Shown here one piece after another: positions 29,201 to 37,824 of a stretch of 64,000 nt of DNA. How positions within the stretch are numbered: position 1 is the stretch's first letter; the number at the start of each line of letters is the position of its first letter. Origin of the DNA: a virus; the IMG/VR virus record IMGVR_UViG_3300042691_037543, positions 20,737 through 84,736 of that record; one strand, 5' to 3'. Position numbers and translations under genes: made by a program. The notes beneath the pieces were generated by a model that was not told where the DNA came from, made no database searches, and was given only the letters and a program-made list of their open reading frames with translations.

Positions 29201-29707
29201 GCCCCAGCGCGAGAGCACTTCCTGACCGGGGAGTGTCGCTTTGATCGTCGTCGTGCTGACGACGCGCACCACCTGCCCTACCGAGAGCGATCCATCTGCG
29301 ACGCCGATGAACACGCCGGGGTCGGTTTTCGCCGTCTCGGCGAGTTGGAGGACGAGGTTCGCCGCGAGCGCCCAGCCCTTCGTGGAGTTCACCTCGGAGG
29401 TTTCACTCGCCGCCGGGACGCGCATCCGCGTCTTGAGCTGGCGCACGGCGCACACCACCTTGTTCTCCAAGGTGCCGTTCACCGTGAGCTTGATGAGGTA
29501 GCTCCCCTCCTTCTTCGGCGTGAAGGTAACGGAGGGCGCACTCGACGAGCTCAGCGTGTCCGCGGTGCCGACGGGCTGATCGACGATCTCCCACAGGTAC
29601 GTTGTCTCGCCGCCCACGTTGTCGTTGGCGAGCGTAACCAGCGTGTCGATGGGGAGATCGTCGTTCGAGCCGACGACCGCGTTGACGGTGATGAGGGCTT
29701 GCGGCAT
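26216..29707 (-). CDS. Tail fibre / receptor-binding protein
   Basis: 1163 aa; PKD-like N-terminus, two GD...GxWxRLxxGxAGxxL repeats, KGLLIPRMTTTQRNAI module, beta-helix-like distal region. Confidence 0.85.
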   Translation of the reverse strand: MPQALITVNAVVGSNDDLPIDTLVTLANDNVGGETTYLWEIVDQPVGTADTLSSSSAPSVTFTPKKEGSYLIKLTVNGTLENKVVCAVRQLKTRMRVPAASETSEVNSTKGWALAANLVLQLAETAKTDPGVFIGVADGSLSVGQVVRVVSTTTIKATLPGQEVLSRWGSANATTAANCRGMLGVVVQSVDGGAITAGKLFQVRTVGLAQGLSVAGSPAVGALVYLDDSGTLSATQGTVRRIVGHVAAGSGPYSLWWDGAFPDFDGAFVPLTRTLTGAEPIAVAGVHSAVDLSANRTLSFQFTGQADGDIVRRAGGTWQRLGIGSAGQVLTVSGGVPAWATPASSSVTINTASPLQGGATGSTFNLSFSVASEAHGDLLYRNASGWVRLAPGTAGYLLQTNGAGSAPTWAAPPASSITINTSAPLTGGGTGASFTLGVTFGTTAGTILEGNNDALYVKLAGAQTITGVKTFDANLQMATGRTLLGNAELTLEATGANPIILRTNATDRVRVVQGLMVGTTTDPGAGSARIETSLGLGTTPVTTAMLEMNSTTKGLLIPRMTTTQRNAIASPATSLLIYNTTTGQFEFYTGSAWVPIGSRGVLPEYIIGAAGVGPYGASPQFATYAAAKAQAQTDGHTNADNPCVFVFLPGTYAETVVLEPGWFVTGLAGCRDVTVVTRITATFTTDSSYGPTDIDYCGAAHLTVENTGTNEGILVNPAGDKAAAIMFVDDVSVQANGSGSVGAIRVKTDAVVAALVGTFERVACTSSSSVGAFENIGGQINVRVRSATTTNSSSAQPPVLDSSAGGLTYLGILHPEITTTNGQFKLAGASELVLFPGVNAITAALTATENSMFMLSGSSVVKLLGNHVFASGNSTSYLFNTSDASGSVQVGGHYSVIGASSTIPYKTKAGISINGYTSVHDEVLQVITGTASIAPSTTYALIIPAGATTFTVTLPNPTELSHGRKLRVKYTGPTYKTDLTLARFSGTTIDYKSSNITLKWNDSYELGAYTDGTPSSGWLILASHLGAGSSPAATRTILTLHKAYLEAINAEVTGGGDVFRTAEHDNSGAAYFRCVVATTDITENVRVRLYNSTVGAVELDVGQFYLESSSLALVELVSPNLNTLGGSNWPPADGDIFTVTVDGDNGGNTSPKALYSAELVFEP

Positions 29708-29741
29708 GGCGCGGGTAGCGTACCGCGCGCGCAGCCCTCAG

Positions 29742-30023
29742 TCAGACGGGCTCGAAAATCCGCGTGTCGTTGAGCATGAGCGTGCTCGTGTCGATCATCT
29801 CGTTCGGGTCATCGACGCTGACGAGCGTGCACGGGCCGTTTGGTATACGCGCGCACGCCGCGAGCTCGTAGACGCGCCCCTTGTATCGGTACCGTGGCAG
29901 GCCGCTATGGGCGGCCTTCACCTGCGGGGTGCGAGCAGGCTTGTACCGCGCGCACGCCGTCTTGTGGCCGAACACCCCGTCGCAGAGATCGCACTGCGAC
30001 TGCGAGCCTTCCCATGCGCTCAC
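29742..30023 (-). CDS. Small hypothetical protein (CxxC..H..C)
   Basis: GTGA overlap with the upstream gene; CDLCDGVFGHKTAC. Confidence 0.55.
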   Translation of the reverse strand: MSAWEGSQSQCDLCDGVFGHKTACARYKPARTPQVKAAHSGLPRYRYKGRVYELAACARIPNGPCTLVSVDDPNEMIDTSTLMLNDTRIFEPV

Positions 30024-30223
30024 TTGGCGAGCACCGCGCGCACGGCGGCGTCTTTCGACTCCAGCAGCTTGCGCAGCGCGACGGAGCGTTCGGCGTTCCG
30101 CGGAGTCGCCGCGACGATGTTGTGGGCGAGGTCGCTGAACGGCTTGCTGGCCGCTTGGAGTTGCACGGGCAAGTGCGCATACGAGAAGAATTGCAGGATG
30201 GGCTCGGGTTGCTCGGTGTGCAT
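30020..30223 (-). CDS. Small helical-hairpin phage protein, possibly Acb2/Tad1-like
   Basis: ILQFFSYAHLP..LQ..SKPF..LA...PRNAERSVALRKLLESKDAAVRA. Confidence 0.7.
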   Translation of the reverse strand: MHTEQPEPILQFFSYAHLPVQLQAASKPFSDLAHNIVAATPRNAERSVALRKLLESKDAAVRAVLAK

Positions 30224-30232
30224 GCGGCGAGG

Positions 30233-30418
30233 CTAGTGCGCCATGCCCGAGCGCACAACCCACCGCGGCCAGAACGGGTCGCTGTCGGTGAGGAACCGCA
30301 GGAGCTGCTCGTGAACCTGCTCGCGCAAGCGGAGGTTCCACGGCAGCGCAGCGAGGTCACCCTTGATCCACTGTTCGGCGTAGGCCACCGCCTCGTCGCG
30401 ATTCTTCGGTACGCGCAT
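30233..30418 (-). CDS. Small hypothetical protein
   Basis: TGATG coupling to the upstream gene. Confidence 0.5.
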   Translation of the reverse strand: MRVPKNRDEAVAYAEQWIKGDLAALPWNLRLREQVHEQLLRFLTDSDPFWPRWVVRSGMAH

Positions 30419-31554
30419 CAGTACGACCAGAACACCGTGAAGTGGTACGTCGCCGGGTCGGGCGTCACCGGGCTCGGGTCCGTCACGGCGTCGTTCTGGT
30501 CGATCTGCCGCACGCGGAAGCGAAAGATCGGCTGCCCCTCGGCCACCTGCGTGACCGGCGCGCTCACCGCAGCGTCGGCGTACGCGGCCACGTCGCCGCT
30601 CGTCGCCACCGCGGAGCTCGTCACGGTGATGCTCGCGTGTCGAAACTCACTCCCCGTGACGAGGTAGAGCAAGCTCGCCTGCGGCGTGAACCCCGCCACC
30701 TGCGCGCCGGCCCGTACCGCGATCTCCACCTGCGAGCCGGACACCGACACGCCGCGGGCGATCACGTCTACACCCGGCGGGGCTTGGAGGTTCGACAGCG
30801 TGGGCAAGAGCGAAACGCCCGTCGCCGGCATCGTCACTCGCCCGCTCGCCATGCCGATGCCGTTCGGGAACAGCAGCTTGCGAAGGTCGGTGATCTTGTT
30901 CTCGGCGATGCTCGTCGCCGCAGCATCGACGAGCACCTCGGCGATCTTGATGTAGCCGGCCGTCGTGCTCGGCGCCGCGGGGGAACCCGCGGGCGTGCCC
31001 GTCTTGTAGTTGATCTTCGCCGCGCCGTTGACGCTCGTGCGCCCGTCTTGGAGGAACGCCAGCGTCTTGTTCACCAGCGTGGCGACGAACTGCCCCGTGC
31101 CGGTGTCGAGCACATCGCGCGAGCTCGAATCGGTGGTGTATCGGTCGTACGCCACTTCGACGATGTCGATGCGGGGGTTCGTAGGGTCGGCGGCGGGGAC
31201 TGCGATGGTCTGCGCGGCGTTGAGAACCAACGGCTTGTACGAACTACGGTCGTCGAGCCCGGTGACGCTCCCGATGGCCACGGGTACGTCAGCACCGTTG
31301 TTCTGAAAGCCGTACCCAGCGCGCACGACGATGTTCATGCTCGCCGGCGACTCGGGGCCAACACGGAACGAATCGCCGAGAAACCCCTCGCCCGCCGCGA
31401 GCGTGGGGTTGGCTACCGCCGTACGCACACCGAGGAGGTACTTGAGCATCTCGCGCAGCGACCGGGCGCTCTGCGACCACTGCTGGTTCATGTCCGTGCT
31501 GAGCGGGCGCTCGCGGACGTTGAGAATGACTTGATCCCAGGGGTTGTTCGCCAT
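30418..31554 (-). CDS. Baseplate/tail fibre attachment protein
   Basis: ADPTNPRIDIV...GTPA..PAAP.....IAEVLV...I....ITDLR; SD GGAG before ATG 31554. Confidence 0.75.
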   Translation of the reverse strand: MANNPWDQVILNVRERPLSTDMNQQWSQSARSLREMLKYLLGVRTAVANPTLAAGEGFLGDSFRVGPESPASMNIVVRAGYGFQNNGADVPVAIGSVTGLDDRSSYKPLVLNAAQTIAVPAADPTNPRIDIVEVAYDRYTTDSSSRDVLDTGTGQFVATLVNKTLAFLQDGRTSVNGAAKINYKTGTPAGSPAAPSTTAGYIKIAEVLVDAAATSIAENKITDLRKLLFPNGIGMASGRVTMPATGVSLLPTLSNLQAPPGVDVIARGVSVSGSQVEIAVRAGAQVAGFTPQASLLYLVTGSEFRHASITVTSSAVATSGDVAAYADAAVSAPVTQVAEGQPIFRFRVRQIDQNDAVTDPSPVTPDPATYHFTVFWSY

Positions 31555-31556
31555 CG

Positions 31557-33179
31557 CTACTCTCCTCGGAGCTCCATCACCGACGCGACACCGGCAGCGC
31601 GGATGGCCGCGATGTTGTCGAACAGTGTCTTGTAAAACTGCTGCTTGGGAAGGTCGAACCCGTCGTACCCGCCCTGCACGCCGAAGCTGAACGTGGCCGG
31701 CACGTCGAACGCAGCGTATGCGCGGCGCCCGACAACCTCGCCCTGTGTATAGCTGTGGCCGGCAGCGTTCATCGCGGTGTCGTCGTACGCCATCCCCACG
31801 TCTTCGAGGTGGGCGAGGTTCGGGACACCCACAATGAACGCGGCGCGGTACTCCACGTCGTCGAGCCACCGATTCCGCATCGGGACCGTCGGCGCGGGCC
31901 AGTCGTAGCAGAAGATCGACTCGTACGGCGAGAGCCACGCAGGGAGTGCCCCACCGTAGTACGTCGGCGTGCCAGCTTGATCCGACGGGTAGTCCCAGCA
32001 CGTCTGGTACGCCGGCTCGAACGTCTCGATGAAGTCGTACGTCAGCCCGTACAGGTCGAACACCGTCTCCAGAAACCGCTCGATGGCGTCCGGCGAGATG
32101 GTGTCCGGCAGCGTGCGGACACGATAGCGGTACTGGTTGTCTGGCTCGTTTCGAGCGCGGGTAATTCCTCGGTCGAACCCCACCGCGTCGAGCATGGCCG
32201 CCTTGCCGTTCGTAAACGGCAAGATGTTCGTGACCGTGATCGTGTTATCGATGAACGTGCGCGCGCCGGACGTGTCGAGCTGCACCATCTTCTCGACGGT
32301 GTCCACGTCCCCTTCGAGCGTGATCGCCGAAACAGGTGTGATGACGCGGCCGAGCGCGTTGTACTGGTAGCTTTTATGAAGCGACCGGGCGCTTGCGGCG
32401 ATGGGGCCGAGGTCAGATGCACCGAACACAGCGTCCGTCGTCGTGACGAAGCGCCTGCCCGACTTGCTGCATCGCAGAATGGTGCCAGCACCAACAGTCA
32501 CCGCGCCGGCCGCGTCGGTTGGGCGCTGAAACTCGACGGTCCCCGTCGCGAATGCGCCGCTGTCGGCGTACATCGCGAGGTTGCCGCACTCGAATCGCTC
32601 GATGGCGAGAGAGATGCGCTCGGCTACGGCGGCGACCGCGCGGAACACCTCGTAGCCGCTGTCCGTGTAGAGCTTGAGCGGGTCGAGGTACCAGCTCGGT
32701 AGGATGTTATCGATCAGCCGCAAGTAGTACGCGGCATCGTGCGCGACGCCGTCGCACTCTGTCGGCCCAGGCCCCGCCGTGGCAGAGAACGTCGGCACGA
32801 CGGTTGGCTCGGGCGCAGGCGCCCCGGCTTCCAGCGAGTAAACCGCGGTGTTGTCCGCGAGCTCACCGCCGGTGCCGATCGCGAACGTGTGCAGCGTAGG
32901 CCCGTCGGGCCAGATGGGTGCCCGCCGGAGCGTGTACCCAAACCCGTTGCCGTAGGTTCCGTGTACGACAGCGATGCGTGTCGAGAGCCCGCGGTACGAC
33001 TCCGTGAACGCCGAGCCATCCCAGGCAACTTCTGTAAGAAGCATCCCAGGAAACTCGACGGAGAGGATATCCCGCGCGATGGCGGTGCCGTTCTCGTACA
33101 CCTCGACGTAGATGCCGTCGTCGGTGGCGATCTCGGAGCCCGATGCCGGGCTGTTCGCGGTGATGACGGGTGGTGCCAT
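31557..33179 (-). CDS. Baseplate wedge protein (J-like plus gpI-like segments)
   Basis: ATGTVEF.R....V.AGT, LDAVGFDRGITR..NEPD.QYR.R. Confidence 0.75.
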   Translation of the reverse strand: MAPPVITANSPASGSEIATDDGIYVEVYENGTAIARDILSVEFPGMLLTEVAWDGSAFTESYRGLSTRIAVVHGTYGNGFGYTLRRAPIWPDGPTLHTFAIGTGGELADNTAVYSLEAGAPAPEPTVVPTFSATAGPGPTECDGVAHDAAYYLRLIDNILPSWYLDPLKLYTDSGYEVFRAVAAVAERISLAIERFECGNLAMYADSGAFATGTVEFQRPTDAAGAVTVGAGTILRCSKSGRRFVTTTDAVFGASDLGPIAASARSLHKSYQYNALGRVITPVSAITLEGDVDTVEKMVQLDTSGARTFIDNTITVTNILPFTNGKAAMLDAVGFDRGITRARNEPDNQYRYRVRTLPDTISPDAIERFLETVFDLYGLTYDFIETFEPAYQTCWDYPSDQAGTPTYYGGALPAWLSPYESIFCYDWPAPTVPMRNRWLDDVEYRAAFIVGVPNLAHLEDVGMAYDDTAMNAAGHSYTQGEVVGRRAYAAFDVPATFSFGVQGGYDGFDLPKQQFYKTLFDNIAAIRAAGVASVMELRGE

Positions 33180-33180
33180 G

Positions 33181-34389
33181 CTAGTACGCGGGCGCGTCGG
33201 GGTTGTTGCTGCCCTGGAGCGTGCGGTCTGGTTGCACGCTGGTGGCGACGACGATGGCGGACGAGCTGCGGAGCACTTGGAGTGGGGCCACGTTCACGTC
33301 ACCCACTGGTGAAAGAATCTCCTGCCCCGTTACGTCCAGACCGTTCACCGCGCGGAGTCGTTGAATCATGCTGGCGATGGTCAGGTCTTGCCCGGGTGCG
33401 AGCGAGTTGATGTACGCCGCGATCACTCCGCGGGCGTTCATCGCCACCGTGTCGGCGTCGCTGCCGGCGTAGAAGCGCAGACCGAGCGTGACAGCCTGCA
33501 TCACGACCGATGCGACCTGCACCTGCACGAAGATGCCGGCGGCGCGGGTGTCGGAGAGCGCGTTGAACACTTGGTTCGCGAGCGTCTGGCTCTGCGACTG
33601 ATACGACGCGGGCGTCGGGTCCAAGTCCATCAGCGCCTCGGTGAACGCATCGGTTACGATGAGATTCACGAAGCGCGCGGGCCGCCCGAGCTGATCCTGC
33701 CCCTCGAACGCAGTAGCGGTGCGGACACCCGGGACACCACGCGCCGCAAACTCGATGGCGGGCAGGGTGCCTCGGCGGGCCGTTGTAAAGAACAACCGCG
33801 CCCGCGCGCGCAGCTGGTCGTCTGTCTCTTCGTCGTCGGCGCCCGTCGTCGCGACGGTATTCGTCACGCGAAGGTCCGCCGGCGCACCGACGATGGGCGT
33901 AACGATAGATGTGATCGTGCCGACGCGCGCTTGGTTCTCCAAGCCAGGAAACACGGATCGAACTTCGACGGCGACCGGCCCCGTGCTACCTGCGTTGAAC
34001 GTCGCATCGACCCAGGTGATGAACTCCTTACCGTCGGAGGTCTGTAGCTTCACACCCTTGGGGATCGAGAACGTGCCGGGCGACGGCGCCGTCGTGCTGA
34101 ACAGCACCGTACCGAGCGCCTGCGACGCCGGCTTGCGGGTCATGCCGCTGCATCGGTCGAACACGAGCCGGTCGAGGTCTTTCTTCTTCGCGACGCTCAG
34201 CAACAACGCACCCTGCGCGCGCACCAGCTGCGCGCTCAGGTCATCCCCCACCGAGGCGATGGCCGCCACGATGGAGTTGGTGTCCGTACCCTCGCGCTCG
34301 ATCACCTCGCGAGTGAGCTTCGAGTTACGCGACAGCATGGCGTCGCGGGCGATGCGGAAGTAGTCCTCGAACGAAGGTGCGTCAGCCAT
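33181..34389 (-). CDS. Baseplate J-like protein
   Basis: LDRL....RKPASQA.G.V.F; GADDETDDQLRAR; RGTL.AIEFAA..VPGV. Confidence 0.9.
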   Translation of the reverse strand: MADAPSFEDYFRIARDAMLSRNSKLTREVIEREGTDTNSIVAAIASVGDDLSAQLVRAQGALLLSVAKKKDLDRLVFDRCSGMTRKPASQALGTVLFSTTAPSPGTFSIPKGVKLQTSDGKEFITWVDATFNAGSTGPVAVEVRSVFPGLENQARVGTITSIVTPIVGAPADLRVTNTVATTGADDEETDDQLRARARLFFTTARRGTLPAIEFAARGVPGVRTATAFEGQDQLGRPARFVNLIVTDAFTEALMDLDPTPASYQSQSQTLANQVFNALSDTRAAGIFVQVQVASVVMQAVTLGLRFYAGSDADTVAMNARGVIAAYINSLAPGQDLTIASMIQRLRAVNGLDVTGQEILSPVGDVNVAPLQVLRSSSAIVVATSVQPDRTLQGSNNPDAPAY

Positions 34390-34397
34390 GTTCGCCT

Positions 34398-35237
34398 CTA
34401 CAGGGAGACAACCGCATCGGGGATGCGCGAGCGTACTTGAATCTGGTTGCCCGTGCTGATGCGGCGGGCGGAAACCGTGACGTAGACGATGCCGTCAGGG
34501 TCGATGTCTACCCGTGCTGACACCGTGTCCACGTCCGGCTCCTGGCGAATCTGCCGCTCGATTTCTGCAACGAGCGCAGGTACGTCGGAGAGTGGTGTCG
34601 GCTCCTGCACGCGAAACCCGACGCCGAACCTGTCGCGTGGGATGTGCGTGAACTCACCGGGCCGCGCGATCAGCCGGCGAACGATCATCTTGTAAAGAAG
34701 GTCGTCACCAGAGTCGCTCGCGTAATCGCCGCCAGCCTGCACGGCTAGAATGCCCGACACGTCGTCTGGCGCAGCCTGCCGGTTACGGATATCGACGAAG
34801 TTGACTCGGTTGATTTGCTTGGATGCTGCGGGAACCTGCGCCGCGGCGCAGGACGCGGTGGTCGGCGCCACCATCGAAGCCCCCGCTGCGGACACAATAT
34901 TCGGACAGGCCACCTGCAACGTGTGAAACACGTCAGGAAACTTCTCCAAGCAGTACAGCTCGAACTGCCGGCCGCCGCTGCCCTCGACCTCGCGCACGGC
35001 GATCAGCCGCAGGTTCGTGGTGGCGCCCACAACGCTGATCGACCAGTTGCTCAGGTTGAGCGCAGCACCCGTGCGGAACGCGGTGCCAACGCGAGCCGGC
35101 TCGGTAAAGGTGACACGCACCGTGCGCTCGCTGTTGGCGAACACGTCCTCGATGGAGAACACCCCCGTGGTCGGCTCGATGCCCCACGGACCTACGCCCC
35201 AGTAATCCGTACCGTAGCCGGAACCGTTGCTCGGCAT
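34398..35237 (-). CDS. Baseplate gp25/W-like protein with N-terminal Ig-like domain
   Basis: GDY...G...L...IVRRL...PGE..H....FG.G....EI.RQI.QEP.V. Confidence 0.7.
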   Translation of the reverse strand: MPSNGSGYGTDYWGVGPWGIEPTTGVFSIEDVFANSERTVRVTFTEPARVGTAFRTGAALNLSNWSISVVGATTNLRLIAVREVEGSGGRQFELYCLEKFPDVFHTLQVACPNIVSAAGASMVAPTTASCAAAQVPAASKQINRVNFVDIRNRQAAPDDVSGILAVQAGGDYASDSGDDLLYKMIVRRLIARPGEFTHIPRDRFGVGFRVQEPTPLSDVPALVAEIERQIRQEPDVDTVSARVDIDPDGIVYVTVSARRISTGNQIQVRSRIPDAVVSL

Positions 35238-35971
35238 TACTTCACCTCCGTATCGGTAGCACGGGGGTCAGGCGGGATCGGTGGCGTCGGCGGGCTCGGG
35301 CTCGCGGGCGGGATCGGCGTGGCCGTCGTACCGGGCGCCGCAGCGACGGTGTGCGTGTGCGCGTTATACGCGGCGAGGAGCGTCGAAGCCTGCGCTCCTA
35401 GCGTGGTGAAGCGGTTTTCGACCGTCTGCATCCAGTCGTACAGGGTGTTTCCGAGCACCGCGGGCTGGAGTGCGGTGTCGCCGAGCTTCACCTTGCCGCC
35501 GCCCTTGGCCTGCAAGCGAATGTCACCGTCGCCTTCGGTGGTCATGGTGATGCCGCCACCACCCGTGGCGCGGACGCGCAGGTTCTTGCCCGGCTCGACA
35601 TACAGCAGCACGTCCTCCGTGGCCTCGTTCCCGGTGCCGCCGTCCGACATGGGCTTGTCGGCACCCGTCCACACCCGCGAGATGATGACCGGGCCGCTGT
35701 CTTGGTCACCGTACGGCACGGCAACCACGACGATGTCGTCGGGCTTCGGCGGCATGAAGAACCCGAAACCGTCGCCTGCGTAGGCCGCCCCGATCAAGCA
35801 CGTCTGCTCCTCACCCGTGGGCTCGAACTCCACGTCCGCGAAGAACCCGTGGTCGGGGTCGAAGCCGGTCTGTACGACACGCGCGAGCGTGATCCACGTC
35901 CGTGGGTCCACGCCGGGGCGCGAGACGAGCCGCGAGATTTTGCCTGCGTCTACGCTGCGTCGCCGCGGCAT
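35237..35971 (-). CDS. Baseplate spike (gpV/gp45-like)
   Basis: OB-fold G.G.F.PP..DD.V.V....GD; C-terminal YNAHTH metal tip. Confidence 0.8.
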   Translation of the reverse strand: MPRRRSVDAGKISRLVSRPGVDPRTWITLARVVQTGFDPDHGFFADVEFEPTGEEQTCLIGAAYAGDGFGFFMPPKPDDIVVVAVPYGDQDSGPVIISRVWTGADKPMSDGGTGNEATEDVLLYVEPGKNLRVRATGGGGITMTTEGDGDIRLQAKGGGKVKLGDTALQPAVLGNTLYDWMQTVENRFTTLGAQASTLLAAYNAHTHTVAAAPGTTATPIPPASPSPPTPPIPPDPRATDTEVK

Positions 35972-37824
35972 TACGATCTCCGTCTAGACCGCGCGGGGAC
36001 GGTCGTGCGCGTCGGTGGTGTAAGCGCCTGCTGGATATCCGCGCCGCCGATGTCGTTGCGGATGACGAAGTAGTTTTGAAACTCGAAGCTCGCGCTGATC
36101 CCGCCCGTACCCGTCGCGTCCCAACTCAGACTGACGCTGCTGACGCGAAAGAAGTTCTGGATGCGGTTTACCGAGCCGCGGCTTGTCGCCATGATCGCCC
36201 GCGCAAGCTGCTCGTTACCCAGGCGCTCGGTGATCTCGCGAAGCTGGTCCGCGAACGGCGCGCGGAAGTGGTCTACGGCTGTGGACGTGATGGACTCGCG
36301 CCCACCGCGCACCACAGAGCCGTCGAAGAAGAACTCGACGGCGTCTCCAGGCCGCACGCGGAGAATGTCGGGGTCGTCGTTTCCGCCGCCGTAGCTCGCG
36401 AGGTCTTTCGTCTCGCACGAGCCGGTCATCTCGTTGCGGCTGATCTCCTCGAACAACATCCGCGCGATGGACTGCAACCGCGCCTGACTACGCACGCCGT
36501 ACACCGGCACGTTGACCATGTCCGTCTGCGACTGTTGCCCGGACGGAGCTACGCGGTTTCTCGCGGCGTCTTGAACAGCCTGAGAAGCGGCCTCTACGGC
36601 GGCGTTCGGCGCCCGGCGAAGACGCGCAGCGAGCGCCGCGGCATTCGGCTCCGTGCGCTGCCGCGGCGGGGTCAGCGGCCACCGCGCTTCGAGCCGTCGT
36701 GCGTTACGCGCCGTGCGGTCGTAGTCCACGGAGATCACGCGCACGACCTTCGGCTTCTGGTTGCCGCCGAACTTGCGGTTGAACTTCACCGAGGTCGCGT
36801 TGCGCCCGTAGATGATGCGCCGGACGCTCCACGGCGCCATCACGCCATCGCCGCGAGGCTGATCGGGGCGGAACGGCGTACGGATCGTCGCGTCGAAGCC
36901 GGCGTTTACCTGCTGGAAGTACCCACGGGCGGGGCGGATGAACAGCGAGCGGTTGTTGAAGTACGGGATGGCGCCGACGAGGTAGCAAAGGCGCACGATC
37001 ACGTCCCAATAGGTCATCTCCGTGCCGCCTTGCTGGCTGGCTACGGGCGCCGTGCGCTGCCCGCGTGCGCCACGGCGGTGGCGCGGAATGATGTCGTCGG
37101 GCAGGGCGCTCGGGATACCGTCAGGCCACTCCCGCTCGTTGACGACCACCTGAAAGTGGTCCGAGCCGGGGTGCATGGCGAGCACGTCGCGCACGACCCG
37201 GTCGATACGCTGGTTCACGTTCAGGTTGGCGAGCGCCCGTGACGTGATCGGCGAGTCGAGCAGCAGCCCGCGGAGGTCGCGGCCAGAGATGTTGATTTCC
37301 GCGCCCTCGGACGTGTACTCGACGTTCCATTCATCGGCGATGCCAGCGAACACGATGGTGGAGTTGTTGGGGTTGTTCTTGTCGTCGCGTGTGCGGAGCT
37401 GGGACGCACGCGGGCGGTTGCCACCCACCTGACGAACACCATCGGCGAAGTCCGCGGCAGACACGGTGCCCATGTGAATCTCGACGCCAAGCGCGCGCAC
37501 GGTGCGCGGATCGATAGGCAGCTCGCGGAAGTCGAACGTCAGGTCGAACGTCGATGCCTGCCGGACACTCGGCATCTCGACAGAGCACGACTTCGGTACA
37601 CGCCCCATGATGAACGTCGGGATGCCACCAACCTTGTCCTGTCGAGCAACACGGTTCGGCGTGAGGATATCGGGGCTTGACCGCGCGTTGCCGTCGCCCG
37701 ACGCAGGCGCATCCGATGTGTCGTCCGTCGAGAGCGGCACCGGCGGCGTGACCGAGGCAAGCAGCGCTTCGTCGAAGACGATGCTCAAGTTCACGACGCA
37801 ACTTGGGTAGTAAGTGCCGCTCAT
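35971..37824 (-). CDS. Baseplate hub protein (gp27/gpD/gp44-like)
   Basis: F.GIADE.......I.ISGRDLRGLLLD; position between LysM protein and spike. Confidence 0.75.
   Translation of the reverse strand: MSGTYYPSCVVNLSIVFDEALLASVTPPVPLSTDDTSDAPASGDGNARSSPDILTPNRVARQDKVGGIPTFIMGRVPKSCSVEMPSVRQASTFDLTFDFRELPIDPRTVRALGVEIHMGTVSAADFADGVRQVGGNRPRASQLRTRDDKNNPNNSTIVFAGIADEWNVEYTSEGAEINISGRDLRGLLLDSPITSRALANLNVNQRIDRVVRDVLAMHPGSDHFQVVVNEREWPDGIPSALPDDIIPRHRRGARGQRTAPVASQQGGTEMTYWDVIVRLCYLVGAIPYFNNRSLFIRPARGYFQQVNAGFDATIRTPFRPDQPRGDGVMAPWSVRRIIYGRNATSVKFNRKFGGNQKPKVVRVISVDYDRTARNARRLEARWPLTPPRQRTEPNAAALAARLRRAPNAAVEAASQAVQDAARNRVAPSGQQSQTDMVNVPVYGVRSQARLQSIARMLFEEISRNEMTGSCETKDLASYGGGNDDPDILRVRPGDAVEFFFDGSVVRGGRESITSTAVDHFRAPFADQLREITERLGNEQLARAIMATSRGSVNRIQNFFRVSSVSLSWDATGTGGISASFEFQNYFVIRNDIGGADIQQALTPPTRTTVPARSRRRS

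Noticed and set aside
27029-29773. 914-aa plus-strand ORF
   Set aside because: Antisense shadow of the tail fibre gene
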